Origin: Ignavibacteriota bacterium
GTDB lineage: Bacteria > Bacteroidota > Ignavibacteria > UBA10030 > UBA6906
DNA: 64,000 bases
Direction of reading: 5' to 3'
Assembly (NCBI GenBank): GCA_963801355.1
Contig: CAWDEM010000008.1
Coordinates: 2,016,001-2,080,000, forward strand
Shown here: positions 18,475-28,285 of the stretch, piece after piece
Numbering within the stretch: position 1 is the first letter of the stretch
Layout of the letters: the number at the start of each line of letters is the position of its first letter
Made by a program: the position numbers and the translations under genes
Notes under the pieces: generated by a model
Database searches by the model: none
What the model was told of the DNA's origin: nothing
What the model saw: only the letters and a program-made list of their open reading frames with translations

Positions 18475-18509
18475 ACTACCCCATAGTATCTAGAACTACC
18501 CTCGAGTAT
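18475..18509. promoter_or_regulatory. Direct-repeat candidate regulator site upstream of the DUF4242 gene
   Basis: ACTACCC-cat-AGTAT (18475-18489) and ACTACCC-tcg-AGTAT (18495-18509), 20-bp period. Confidence 0.5.
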
Positions 18510-18634
18510 TATTGGTTCCCCTTGACAATCATATGCCAAAAGCCAATTAAGCGTAATGGTTTTTGCTCTATCTCCCAGGGGATCCCTGATGTATCTTTGG
18601 CCTTCGGCATTTCATCCCACGATTCGAGATGATC

Positions 18635-18685
18635 AAAAAAACAAAAAGAAAAGGCTCCCCTTCGGGGGACCCGCCTGCGGATTTG
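18635..18685 (-). terminator. Terminator-like hairpin with long U tract on the minus strand
   Basis: Minus strand reads GGCGGGTCCCC-CGAA-GGGGAGCC-TTTTCTTTTTGTTTTTTT. Confidence 0.65.
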
Positions 18686-18798
18686 TCCGGTTTGTGAGAA
18701 CCCGGCTGAGCCGGAGGGCACATCTTCAAATTTTGCCAGCTTGTTAGGCATGTTACGCGATTTTCACATGCCCTATCCAATCCTTCCCACTCCGAAGA

Positions 18799-18816
18799 AT
18801 ACCCTAAATTCGGTAT
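18799..18816. promoter_or_regulatory. NarL-type 7-2-7 inverted-repeat operator upstream of the sensor kinase
   Basis: aTACCCTA-AA-TTCGGTAt; a related copy lies at 22754-22771. Confidence 0.55.
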
Positions 18817-18852
18817 GGCGTCTGTGGCGGAAAACAGTATATTCAGCGGTGT

Positions 18853-21800
18853 ATGTCTTCTTCAAGATCTGAAATCCTGCTGGCCATATTTGTTTCGACA
18901 CTTGCAGTGGCGCCGGCCGGTTTCTGTGCCGAGGGGCCTACTATCAGATTTGAACACCTTGGCGTCGAACACGGGCTCTCCGACAACAACGTGTACGGCA
19001 TTCATCAGGACAGCAAAGGTTTCATGTGGTTCGGAACGGAAAATGGATTGAATAGGTATGACGGCTATCATTTCACTGTTTACCGTCACACCCCCCTGGA
19101 TTCACTATCAATCTTAAGTAACAACGTTACCCCACACTTTGAGGACAGGTCCGGCTCGCTATGGATTGTTGGAGGTCCGGGTATAGACAGGTTTGACAGA
19201 ACGACTGAACGGTTCACGCACTGTCTTCCCTACATTCCTCTCTCATCAATGTACGAGGATACGCACGGCACACTCTGGTTTGCCGCTCTGGGTAGAGGAC
19301 TCTTCAGGTATGATAAACCGACTGCTTCATTCGTGCACTATAGTCTCGCCAACGATACGCTGACTTCGATTTGCGGGAATCCTGTTGATGACGATCGTAC
19401 GCTTTTTGTCGGTACAGCTCAAGGTGTGTTTACGTTCGATCAGCGAGAAGGCACTTCGGCTCGCCTCGAGGGTGGCCCTTCGGGTGCGATCACGGCAATG
19501 CTCGGAGATCGGGCGGGAAAAGTCTGGATCGGCACTCGAGATGGACTGTACGTATTCAATTGCACCACGAAAATTTGCTCCCATTATCCCTTCGGCAGCC
19601 AAATAACACGGAAGCCGGGGGCAAATGACGTTCAGCGCCTCTATGAAGATAGAGAAGGTCTCGTATGGATCGGCATCGCGGGAGCCGGGATTGCCATGTT
19701 TGATCCGTCGACACGGAAATATCGTCACTTTCCACACGTGGGCTATCAGGCTGGCTGGGTGGGTGGGTGGCAAGCGATTTGTGAAGACAGGGCGGGATCG
19801 CTTTGGGTGATCACGGGTGGCAGAGGTTTGCAGAAGTACGATCGCCGTACGGGATCATTCTCGACGTATCTCAACGACCCGCGCGACGCGCATAGCCTGA
19901 GCAGCAATATTGTCAATTGTATTTATGAGGACAGATCCGGGACTCTCTGGATTGGCACAGGGGGAGGAGGACTCAACAAAATAGATCCTGCCAAAAATGC
20001 ATTCCACCATTACACAGTCAGCACCTCAGCTCAGAAGGGTCTCACACACAATGTAGTGAAAGGATTTGTCGAGGACCACTCGGGCATGCTTTGGATTACC
20101 ACCATGGGTGGACTGAATGAGTTCGATAGGTCGACGGAGACGTTTACCCATTATAGGAACGACCCCAAGGACCCGGGCAGTCTTTCAAGTTGGGCCGGGG
20201 CCGTGCTTGAAGACAGAGAAGGATCACTCTGGGTAGCGGCCGGCGGGCAGGGACTTACGCGGCTCGATCCCTCGCGAAAACACTTCACACACTACATCCA
20301 TGACCCGCGAAACCCTCGTAGCCTCGGAAGCAACACTGTTCTCTCGTTGTGTGAAGACGGGACAGTCGGGCTGTGGATTGGATATGCCGAAGATTACGGA
20401 CTACTAGACCGGCTTGATCGGCACTCAGGAACTATCGCCCATTACAAGGCCAACCAACAGGATTCAAACGCATTCTGGGGAGGCTGGGTCTGGGCCATAT
20501 ACGAAGACACACAAGGCTACATCTGGATCTGTGCGGGTTCGGGAGGTCTGAACAGATTCGACAGGCAGACGGGGAAGTTTTCACATTATCAACACAAACC
20601 GAATGACCCGTTGAGTCTGAGCGCCCACAGCGTCAGGTCCATTCATGAGGACGGCAAGGGGACTCTGTGGGTTGGGACATCAGCTGGGTTGAACAAATTC
20701 GACCGCTCGAGGGGAACATTCGTCCAATACACTGTCCGGGATGGCCTTGAGAGTGATCATCTTGGAGCAATCCTCCAGGATGACCACGGCTGTCTCTGGA
20801 TGAGCACGAGTGGCGGCATCTCGAGGTTCGATCCACGCACGGCCGTATTCTGGAACTACAACGAGGATGACGGGGTTTCCATCCATCCGGGCTTGACGCA
20901 GCCGGGCTACCGGACCAGGAATGGAGAAATGTATTTTGGCGGGATCAACGGCTTTGTCCGCTTTCATCCTGACAGCATCGTCGATAGTCCATATGTGCCG
21001 CCGATCGTGATCACCAGGTTCCTTGTATCCGACACCCTTGCCACGCTTGACACGGCTATTACTGAGAAGAAATTGGTCGACCTTTCGTATGACCAAGATT
21101 CCTTTGCGTTTGAATTTGCGTCGCTCAACTACACGAACCCGGCGAAGAATCAATACGCCTATAAGCTGGAGGGCTTCGACAACGACTGGGTGCAATGCGG
21201 CACACGACGTTACGCCTCGTACACTCATCTTGATCCCGGTGCATATGTCTTCACCGTGAAAGGGTCGAACAATGATCGCAAATGGAATGAAGCCGGAACG
21301 TCGATCTCCGTTATCATACGGCCGCCGTACTGGCAGACCTGGTGGTTCCGTTCTCTAGTAGCGATTGTAGTCATCGCCCTGGTTGCACTTGCCTACAACT
21401 ATCGTGTGGCAAGACTGCTGGAGATCGAGCGGCTGCGAGTGCGCATCTCGACTGACCTCCACGATGAGATCGGAAGTAATCTGAGTGCGATTGCACTTCA
21501 GAGTGACCTGGTGCGGTCCGGTGTTAGCACGGGGGACAAAGGCAATGATCGGCTCGTGGAAATCAGCAGGTCGGCGCGCCAGATGGCAAACGACTTGCGG
21601 GACATCGTTTGGACGATCAATCCGGGCCTGGATCGTTTGAACGACATGGTGGATCGGATGAGGACCATTGCCTCCACAATGCTGGGAGGGATATCCTATA
21701 CATTCCAGGGCCAAGCCGGGACTTCGACCGACAGGCTTGATATGGAATTCAGAAGGAATATCCTGCTGATGTACAAAGAGGTCCTGCACAACATTCAGAA

Positions 21801-22023
21801 ACATGCCCGCGCAACCCAGGTTCGTATATTGATCAACGAGGATCCGGACTGTTTGACCATCACGATTGAAGATAATGGCATCGGATTTGATACTGCCATC
21901 CCCAGCTCCGGAAACGGGCTAAGCAACCTCAAAAGCCGCGCTTCCTCCATGGGGGCAACACTCGAGATTGTCTCTGCCCCCGAAAGGGGAACCCGGGTAA
22001 AGATTGCGGTGAGAATACCTTGA
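18853..22023 (+). CDS. Sensor histidine kinase with two-component-regulator propeller repeats, Y_Y_Y domain and HisKA_3/HATPase
   Basis: Signal peptide, repeated IYEDxxGxLWIGT blades, QYAYKLEGFD...YTHLDPGAYVF, PPYWQTWWF TM, RISTDLHDEIGSNL, DNGIGF and GNGLSNL. Confidence 0.93.
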   Translation: MSSSRSEILLAIFVSTLAVAPAGFCAEGPTIRFEHLGVEHGLSDNNVYGIHQDSKGFMWFGTENGLNRYDGYHFTVYRHTPLDSLSILSNNVTPHFEDRSGSLWIVGGPGIDRFDRTTERFTHCLPYIPLSSMYEDTHGTLWFAALGRGLFRYDKPTASFVHYSLANDTLTSICGNPVDDDRTLFVGTAQGVFTFDQREGTSARLEGGPSGAITAMLGDRAGKVWIGTRDGLYVFNCTTKICSHYPFGSQITRKPGANDVQRLYEDREGLVWIGIAGAGIAMFDPSTRKYRHFPHVGYQAGWVGGWQAICEDRAGSLWVITGGRGLQKYDRRTGSFSTYLNDPRDAHSLSSNIVNCIYEDRSGTLWIGTGGGGLNKIDPAKNAFHHYTVSTSAQKGLTHNVVKGFVEDHSGMLWITTMGGLNEFDRSTETFTHYRNDPKDPGSLSSWAGAVLEDREGSLWVAAGGQGLTRLDPSRKHFTHYIHDPRNPRSLGSNTVLSLCEDGTVGLWIGYAEDYGLLDRLDRHSGTIAHYKANQQDSNAFWGGWVWAIYEDTQGYIWICAGSGGLNRFDRQTGKFSHYQHKPNDPLSLSAHSVRSIHEDGKGTLWVGTSAGLNKFDRSRGTFVQYTVRDGLESDHLGAILQDDHGCLWMSTSGGISRFDPRTAVFWNYNEDDGVSIHPGLTQPGYRTRNGEMYFGGINGFVRFHPDSIVDSPYVPPIVITRFLVSDTLATLDTAITEKKLVDLSYDQDSFAFEFASLNYTNPAKNQYAYKLEGFDNDWVQCGTRRYASYTHLDPGAYVFTVKGSNNDRKWNEAGTSISVIIRPPYWQTWWFRSLVAIVVIALVALAYNYRVARLLEIERLRVRISTDLHDEIGSNLSAIALQSDLVRSGVSTGDKGNDRLVEISRSARQMANDLRDIVWTINPGLDRLNDMVDRMRTIASTMLGGISYTFQGQAGTSTDRLDMEFRRNILLMYKEVLHNIQKHARATQVRILINEDPDCLTITIEDNGIGFDTAIPSSGNGLSNLKSRASSMGATLEIVSAPERGTRVKIAVRIP

Positions 22024-22682
22024 ACGTGAATCCCTCAACTGATGACCAGCCAATTACCCTCTGGGTGATTGAGGATAATGCCACGTACAGGGACACAATT
22101 GCCGCGCTGCTTGACAGCACCGAAGGCATGCGCTGTACCCACGCATTCCAGTCCTGTGAAGAGGCCCTGAAGGCACTCGAGGATGACTTCGCCCCGGAAA
22201 TCATCCTGATGGATATAGGCTTGCCGGGCATTAGCGGGATAGAAGGACTCAGACGGATCAAGGCAATTTCACCGTCAACCGGTTTGATCATGCTCACCAT
22301 CTTTGACGACGAGAAGCAAATATTTGAAGCTATTTGTTCGGGCGCCTCGGGGTATCTGCTGAAAAGTGCGCAACCGCACGAGATTATCGGAGCGGTGCAT
22401 CAAGTTCTCGGGGGCGGGGCACCGATGGATGCACGAATCGCCCGGAAGGTCCTCGATATGTTTTCCCGTCTCTCCGCACCGATGGGAGAGTACGGTTTGA
22501 CCGGCCGCGAGAAAGAAATCCTCCACCTGATGGTGGACGGGCTCACGGCAAAAGGGATAGCCGAAAGGTTGTTCCTGAGCTTTCGTACCGTCGATACACA
22601 TGTGAAGAATATTTATACGAAACTGCATGTACATTCGCGTAGCGGGGCAGTGTCAAAAGCCTTCAGAGAACGACTCCTTTAG
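22020..22682 (+). CDS. NarL/FixJ-family response regulator
   Basis: Receiver (IEDN, MDIGLPG, GASGYLLK) and LuxR HTH (LTGREKEIL...TVDTHVKNIYTKL). Overlaps the kinase stop. Confidence 0.93.
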   Translation: MNVNPSTDDQPITLWVIEDNATYRDTIAALLDSTEGMRCTHAFQSCEEALKALEDDFAPEIILMDIGLPGISGIEGLRRIKAISPSTGLIMLTIFDDEKQIFEAICSGASGYLLKSAQPHEIIGAVHQVLGGGAPMDARIARKVLDMFSRLSAPMGEYGLTGREKEILHLMVDGLTAKGIAERLFLSFRTVDTHVKNIYTKLHVHSRSGAVSKAFRERLL

Positions 22683-22753
22683 CCCCCTGTACCCAACAGT
22701 CATCGTGCGTTGCTGATCCCTTCTTAATCACCTTCCCTGCCGTCCCTTTCAAA

Positions 22754-22771
22754 ATACCGAGTTCTCGGGAT
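22754..22771. promoter_or_regulatory. NarL-type 7-2-7 inverted-repeat operator upstream of the lipoprotein gene
   Basis: aTACCGAG-TT-CTCGGGAt. Confidence 0.55.
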
Positions 22772-22837
22772 TGTTGTGCCCTCTTCGATACATTACATTG
22801 GCACACACCAATGTTAAACAATTTCCCGGGAGGGAAC

Positions 22838-23386
22838 ATGAAGAGCTACCACAGAGTAATTGCGATCCTGTTCATCGCTGGTTGCATGATGAACGGCTGT
22901 ACACAGGACAAACTGCCCACCGAGGCTTTCATCCCCGATCAGCCCCCAACCGCGATCGGCTCGGGAGTTCTCAGGGCGAATATTGATGGAACACCTTGGA
23001 CGTCCGAAGACGCCACTGGCATTCCACTCGGAACATCGACGTACAGTGGAAACATCTTGCACATCAGTGGGGTCCGACCTGCCGTCGGAGACACTGCGGA
23101 GTCGGAAACCATCGATCTCATCATTGACCTGAGTGCCTCGAAGGCAGTCCTCGGTCTGGGTACGTACGAACTCGGCACAATACCCGCGCAGGAGGGAGAG
23201 GCTCAGCACTTCGATGGCCTGTCATGCGTCTGCCACACACACAGCGCACACTCAGGAACAGTTACCATCACAGCGTTTGACATGTCCAGAAAGGTCGTTG
23301 CAGGGGTATTTGCATTCAATGGTATTGGAGTCGATGGGCAAACGCACACATTCAGTGAAGGAATGTTCGATGTCATGTGGAAGTAG
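22838..23386 (+). CDS. Putative beta-rich lipoprotein (DUF6252-like)
   Basis: GGAGGG RBS, lipoprotein-type signal (IAGC/MNGC), and the pattern LRANIDGTPW...GTVTITAFD...VAGVFAF...FSEGMFDV. Confidence 0.7.
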   Translation: MKSYHRVIAILFIAGCMMNGCTQDKLPTEAFIPDQPPTAIGSGVLRANIDGTPWTSEDATGIPLGTSTYSGNILHISGVRPAVGDTAESETIDLIIDLSASKAVLGLGTYELGTIPAQEGEAQHFDGLSCVCHTHSAHSGTVTITAFDMSRKVVAGVFAFNGIGVDGQTHTFSEGMFDVMWK

Positions 23387-23579
23387 TAATAACACGTCGC
23401 GGCGTGGAGAGGTCGGTGGGTCGTCGAGTAGAATGGTGGTGCAGAAACACTCGGCGGCTCACAGGCCTTTTCTCTTGGGCCTCCAAACAACATTCACTAG
23501 CGACGGATTATGATGTTGGAAGAGACAGATAACGTCTTGCTGCCCATCCAACACGGTCGATGCTTGCACAACACACTTT

Positions 23580-26500
23580 CTACTTCTTAGTTCCTGCTCC
23601 TCCTTGCTTTTTCCCTTTCGGCAAGAAGTTTTCCAACACCCAGAGCTCGCTCTTGGATCCCTCATTGACGCTGAACGCAAAGCGGCGGTTGTCGGGGTGC
23701 AGTGCGAAGTCTTCCATTTTCGGGATGTTGAGATCCAGTTTCAGCGGAGTCCCGCCTTGCACAGGAATCCGCCAGATTTCACTGATCGCGGCGTAGTGTC
23801 CCGTCGACCTGTCGAGTGCCTGGGCAATGATGTGACGACCGTCCCTCGTCCACCTCTTCACGTAGTACAGCGAACTGCGAAACAGCTCCCGCGGCTCCCC
23901 TCCGTTGAGGGGTACGGTCTTGACAGCGCCGTCTTCCTGGAACACCACTTCCTGGCCGTCCGGCGAGACATCGTCGAAGGATTTGAGTACTTCCGTCCCA
24001 ACCATGGGACCGGCCGACTCCTCACCGGTGTCGAGGTTGCGCCTTCTGATCCCTCCCTTATCCATGAACACCATGATCTTGCCATCCTGGGAGATCCTGG
24101 GAGCCCAGCGTCCATCTGCCAACTTGGTGGTCTCGCCTGTTTCAGCGTCAACACGAAAGAGGGCAATTCCCTCCACCGTCGTCCCACAAGCGAGGATAGC
24201 ACGGCTGTCTGGTGCCCAGCAGATATCCCAGACATAACGAAGACGGGTGGACAGGAAGCGCTCTTCCCCAGTCTCGGCGGACCGGATTGTGAGATTGTTG
24301 TTTCCGTTACCGATTGCACGTCCAAGCGAAACGTAAAGCAGCCTTTTGCCGTCGGGTGACCATGTTGTCCTAGAGGGGGGACCGTTATATCTTGTCGTAA
24401 CGGGTGCGGGTGGCACGAGCACCTTACCGGTTTCAAGGTCGATCTCACCGTAGTAGAGGCGACCTAAAGGAGTGGTTGTTCTGTAGTACAGGGAACCGTC
24501 AGGAGCGAAGCCAAGAGCATCTGAATACCTGCCGAAATCCTTCTTCAGCAGCTCCGGTTCTCCTTGCTGCTTCCCCCCGGTGATGTGGACGGTCCAGACG
24601 TCCCACGTCCCTGATCGGTCGCTGAGAAAGAGAAGGCTTCTCCCGTCGGGTGTCCACTCAAGCAGTTTGTCTTCAGCAGGATGCCCGGCAACTACCACCT
24701 CGTTCAGGCCATCGGTGGTCATCAGGTAGACGTCACTGTGAGGAGGGCTGCCCTCATTCACCAGACTGAACGCGACAAATCGCCCATCGGGCGAGAAACA
24801 CGCCTTTGTCAACATGTACCAGGACGCTGCAACATTCCTGAGGACGCGCACTGAGCCGTCGGCTGTAGAGATCAGCACCAGTTGATTGTTCGCCTCGCCA
24901 GATATGTTGCGAAGTGCAAGGATGGAACCTGCGTCAGGCGACCAGTCGAACGGCTGGGCAGCGGTCTCGCTGTAGAGGGTACGGAGGTTCGAGCCGTCCT
25001 GGTTTCTAATCCGCAGATGATTGCCCCAACTCTTCGTAGTCGAGTCGAAGTTTTCGATGTCGAATGCGATTTGTTTTCCGTCGCGCGAGAACGCGTAGCC
25101 CTCGACGTAGTACAACCTCTTGCTTTGGGGCCCCTTGTTGCTGATGCGGCTCGTCTGTCCGCTTTCAACGTCGAACTGGACGACGTCACCCGTTCTCTGT
25201 TCCAGGCGCCTGATGTACTTGCCATCCGGCGATAGTACACCCAGCATATCGACAGTTGGTCCTGTCCCGATCTTTCGGACAGTCAGGCTTTTCTCCTTCT
25301 CCAACCCCGGCAAAAAGTTCTCCATCACCCAGACTTCGGAATTGGACCGAAGTGTTTTGTATACTATCCGCTGGCCGTCCGGGTGGACCCGGAGGGACGT
25401 TAGCATACCGACTACCGTTAAATCTAACTGCTGAGGCTCGCCGCCTTGTGAAGGCACGCGCCACAGCTCGTATCGGAGCGTTGCCGGTGTACCATTGGCT
25501 GTGCTCTTGGACGGGACGGCATACAGCAACTGGCGGCAATCTGGCGACCAAGCGACAATACCGCGGGAGTCCGCTACCCTCACCAGCAACCTGGGCGTTC
25601 CTCCGGTTGAGGGCATGACAAAGAGCCCTTTAGATTCAGCGGCGTTCGAACGGAAGTACGCCAACTGCTTACCGTCTGGCGAAACAGCCAATGACCACGC
25701 TTTGACCCCGACCTGTAGTTGACTTTCCTCACCGGATTCGGAATCCCATACGTACAGTGATCCACCGGTGGTAGTCCCTTGGTAGAAGACTTTCCTCCCG
25801 TCGCGCGACACATCGAAGGCTTGACTCCAGGGATGCGCCGGTTTGAACCAGAGTGTTGCTTCGCCCGTAGGCGAATTGATGCGGAGCAAGCCTTCTCTCC
25901 CTTGTCGGTCGACTCCGGTGGCAACGAATGAACGGCCATCGGGTGCCCAGCGCAAACCTTCCATCCGTTCTGTTCTCATGATCTCCGTGCTGGGCTTTAT
26001 ATTTTTTTTATCAGGGGTTTCGAGCGATTGAATAACAATTTCACCCTGACCAGTAACATAGGCTAGTGACTTCCCATCACGAGAGAAATCAGGTCCCCAG
26101 TTGGAGCCGAGGTAGCTGCCAGCGACTTCAGCTGGCGAAGAAAGCGATTTCCCCGTCTTGATGTCGAGCCTTGTTGAGAAGACGTCACGGGACTCCCCCC
26201 AGTTTGAAAAAAAGTATGCTCCCGCTCGTGTGAATCCCTTTCCCTCACCAAGACCGCCAATATCACTCCGGACCAGCATCGGCTCACCAAGAGGCTGCCC
26301 GCCGGAGACCGCGATGAGCCATGCATCCCTGGTTCCACGCCGGTCACTGGCAAACAACACATGTCTGCCGTCGGGTGACCATCCCAGCAGACGATCGTTC
26401 GCCGGATGCCCAACCAGCAGGGAAGTGCGTTGGGTTTTCCGCTCATACACATACACATCGCTTTGGCGCACATCCTTGGTCTGTGGAGAGTCGTACGCGA

Positions 26501-27335
26501 TGTAACCGCCGTCTGGAGAGAAGCACATCATCCCGGGATTTTCAATGACAAGGTCCTGAATGGATCCATCCGTTACAACAATCATCACAGGCCGCTCGCC
26601 AAGCTTGGTGAGGATGTGCCTCCCGTCCGGGGACCAGTCCAATCGAGACGGGTATTTCTCCTTGTCCCGGTAGAGAACACGCTCCCCGGATCCGTCCAGC
26701 GCGATGGTGCGGAGCTCACAGGCGTCGCCCTCGATAAACCAACGGTAGGCGATCTGCTTGCCGTTGGGAGAGAAGATGGAGTTATCCGGGTATGCGTATG
26801 GGACCCCTGGTTTCTTCTTTGTGACTCGACGGTTCTCACCGGTAACCAGATCGTGAACGGCCAGGTCTGGCGTTTCCCAGTCCGTGTAGGAAAGGTAGCG
26901 ACCGTCCGGCGATGGGCTTCCCTCCCCGTTGGCGCCAGGACCTGCCCACACCCTCCGGATGGTTATCTCGGCGCTCCTGGCAGCGGTTCCGGCGCCAAGT
27001 GCTGCCAGCCTCACCCGCGCCTGCGCCACAATCTCGGCCTGGTCGGCAAAGTCGCGCACCACGCGCTCGTAGGCTGCGCGGGCCTCTGCATTGCCCAGCT
27101 TTTCATAGGAACGGCCAATATTCAGGAGCGCCTTTGCCGCAGTCGTTTTCTCTTTGGGGTACTGTGTCATAACCTGTTTGAGCAACTCGATGGCCTTTAG
27201 GTAGTTCCCCTTCCCTTCCATTTCATACAACGCCTGTTGGTACATCAGCTCAGCCTTGTTTTGCTGTGCAGTGGCGATTACTGTCGGAGCGCACAACGCC
27301 AGTGCAAGCAGAAAGATACACGCGATTCTCTTCAT
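23580..27335 (-). CDS. Secreted protein with N-terminal TPR domain and tandemly duplicated TolB-like (PD40) beta-propeller module
   Basis: GAGG RBS, signal peptide, TPR-like ALLNIGRSYEKLG, many WSPDG/FSPDG blades, and two copies of a module ending in WVMENFLP / WVLENFLP. Confidence 0.88.
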   Translation of the reverse strand: MKRIACIFLLALALCAPTVIATAQQNKAELMYQQALYEMEGKGNYLKAIELLKQVMTQYPKEKTTAAKALLNIGRSYEKLGNAEARAAYERVVRDFADQAEIVAQARVRLAALGAGTAARSAEITIRRVWAGPGANGEGSPSPDGRYLSYTDWETPDLAVHDLVTGENRRVTKKKPGVPYAYPDNSIFSPNGKQIAYRWFIEGDACELRTIALDGSGERVLYRDKEKYPSRLDWSPDGRHILTKLGERPVMIVVTDGSIQDLVIENPGMMCFSPDGGYIAYDSPQTKDVRQSDVYVYERKTQRTSLLVGHPANDRLLGWSPDGRHVLFASDRRGTRDAWLIAVSGGQPLGEPMLVRSDIGGLGEGKGFTRAGAYFFSNWGESRDVFSTRLDIKTGKSLSSPAEVAGSYLGSNWGPDFSRDGKSLAYVTGQGEIVIQSLETPDKKNIKPSTEIMRTERMEGLRWAPDGRSFVATGVDRQGREGLLRINSPTGEATLWFKPAHPWSQAFDVSRDGRKVFYQGTTTGGSLYVWDSESGEESQLQVGVKAWSLAVSPDGKQLAYFRSNAAESKGLFVMPSTGGTPRLLVRVADSRGIVAWSPDCRQLLYAVPSKSTANGTPATLRYELWRVPSQGGEPQQLDLTVVGMLTSLRVHPDGQRIVYKTLRSNSEVWVMENFLPGLEKEKSLTVRKIGTGPTVDMLGVLSPDGKYIRRLEQRTGDVVQFDVESGQTSRISNKGPQSKRLYYVEGYAFSRDGKQIAFDIENFDSTTKSWGNHLRIRNQDGSNLRTLYSETAAQPFDWSPDAGSILALRNISGEANNQLVLISTADGSVRVLRNVAASWYMLTKACFSPDGRFVAFSLVNEGSPPHSDVYLMTTDGLNEVVVAGHPAEDKLLEWTPDGRSLLFLSDRSGTWDVWTVHITGGKQQGEPELLKKDFGRYSDALGFAPDGSLYYRTTTPLGRLYYGEIDLETGKVLVPPAPVTTRYNGPPSRTTWSPDGKRLLYVSLGRAIGNGNNNLTIRSAETGEERFLSTRLRYVWDICWAPDSRAILACGTTVEGIALFRVDAETGETTKLADGRWAPRISQDGKIMVFMDKGGIRRRNLDTGEESAGPMVGTEVLKSFDDVSPDGQEVVFQEDGAVKTVPLNGGEPRELFRSSLYYVKRWTRDGRHIIAQALDRSTGHYAAISEIWRIPVQGGTPLKLDLNIPKMEDFALHPDNRRFAFSVNEGSKSELWVLENFLPKGKKQGGAGTKK

Positions 27336-27406
27336 GGCGTATTTCCTCAAACGGTTCGCTTGTAGTGAATGAACTTCACTACTATATACTTTCTGGCTTA
27401 CCTGCC

Positions 27407-27446
27407 ATTGTCGGATCGATGTAAATGATTGTCAGTCTCTTGTCAG
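27407..27446 (-). promoter_or_regulatory. Four phased TGTCA-like half-sites (OmpR/PhoB-type box) upstream of the TPR/TolB gene
   Basis: TGTCG 27409, TGTAA 27420, TGTCA 27430, TGTCA 27441; a TATAGT -10-like hexamer lies on the minus strand at 27381-27386. Confidence 0.55.
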
Positions 27447-27572
27447 GAAATGTCTGGAAGCATACCGTGTTCGTACGAAGAAGAGTAACTGCCCACAGAC
27501 CACATTGTGAGTTCAAAATGCGAAACCCCTACTTGATATCAACTCCCGTCCGACGTCTGCCCTTCTTCTCTC

Positions 27573-28256
27573 TCACCTTCCCACAAGCTTGTACCCCAGA
27601 CCGTGGACTGTTAGGATATACTCAGGCTTCTGCGGATTGTCTTCGAGCTTCTGGCGCAAGTTGAGAATATGGTTGTCCACCGTGCGGGAGCTCGGATATG
27701 CTTCATATCCCCATACTTCGTTGAGTATCTTTTCGCGAGGAATGACCTCATTCCGATGTTTAATCAGGACCTGAAGGAGAGAGAATTCTGTGGAGGTTAG
27801 GTCAATCTGTTTCTTGTTTTTGAAAGCTTTGAATGCGGCAAAATCCAATTTGACATTGCCAAACTCGTATTGCTCGAGTGACGTCACCTTCCCCGTTGTC
27901 CGCCGCAGGTGTGCTTTTACGCGCGCTAGCAGTTCGCGTGTGCTGAATGGTTTGGTAACGTAGTCGTCTGCACCGATCTCCAGTCCCACCACCTTGTCAA
28001 CCTCCTCAGAACGGGCGGTCAACATGAGTATGGGAACCGCGACCTCGCGTTTCCTCAGGGTGCGGCAAACGTCGAATCCATCAGTCCGCGGCAGCATCAC
28101 GTCCAGGATGATAATATCCGGCTTATGCTCTTCGGCGAGTCGCAGGCCGGTTTCACCGTCCTTCGCCGCCAGAACAGTAAAGCCATTGTGCTCGAATGCA
28201 TCGCGCAACCCCTTGAGCATTGCTTCTTCGTCTTCGACAAGTAGAATTGTAGGCAT
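27573..28256 (-). CDS. OmpR/PhoB-family response regulator
   Basis: LVEDE, LDVMLP, GADDYVTKPF, and winged helix SRTVDNHILNLRQKLE...TVHGLGY. Confidence 0.95.
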   Translation of the reverse strand: MPTILLVEDEEAMLKGLRDAFEHNGFTVLAAKDGETGLRLAEEHKPDIIILDVMLPRTDGFDVCRTLRKREVAVPILMLTARSEEVDKVVGLEIGADDYVTKPFSTRELLARVKAHLRRTTGKVTSLEQYEFGNVKLDFAAFKAFKNKKQIDLTSTEFSLLQVLIKHRNEVIPREKILNEVWGYEAYPSSRTVDNHILNLRQKLEDNPQKPEYILTVHGLGYKLVGR

Positions 28257-28285
28257 AACGCTCCTGCTCGGGGATGGTCCCTTTG

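Noticed and set aside
18690-18745. c-di-GMP-I riboswitch (GGCAAA...GCCCTCCGG...AGCCGGGTT on minus strand)
   Set aside because: It lacks the GNRA-capped P2 stem and the GACGCAAAG core, so it is kept only as an unassigned structured element.
22799-22816. Sigma-54 promoter TTGGCAC upstream of the lipoprotein (also TGGCAT near 18535)
   Set aside because: There is no GC at the required GG-N10-GC spacing.
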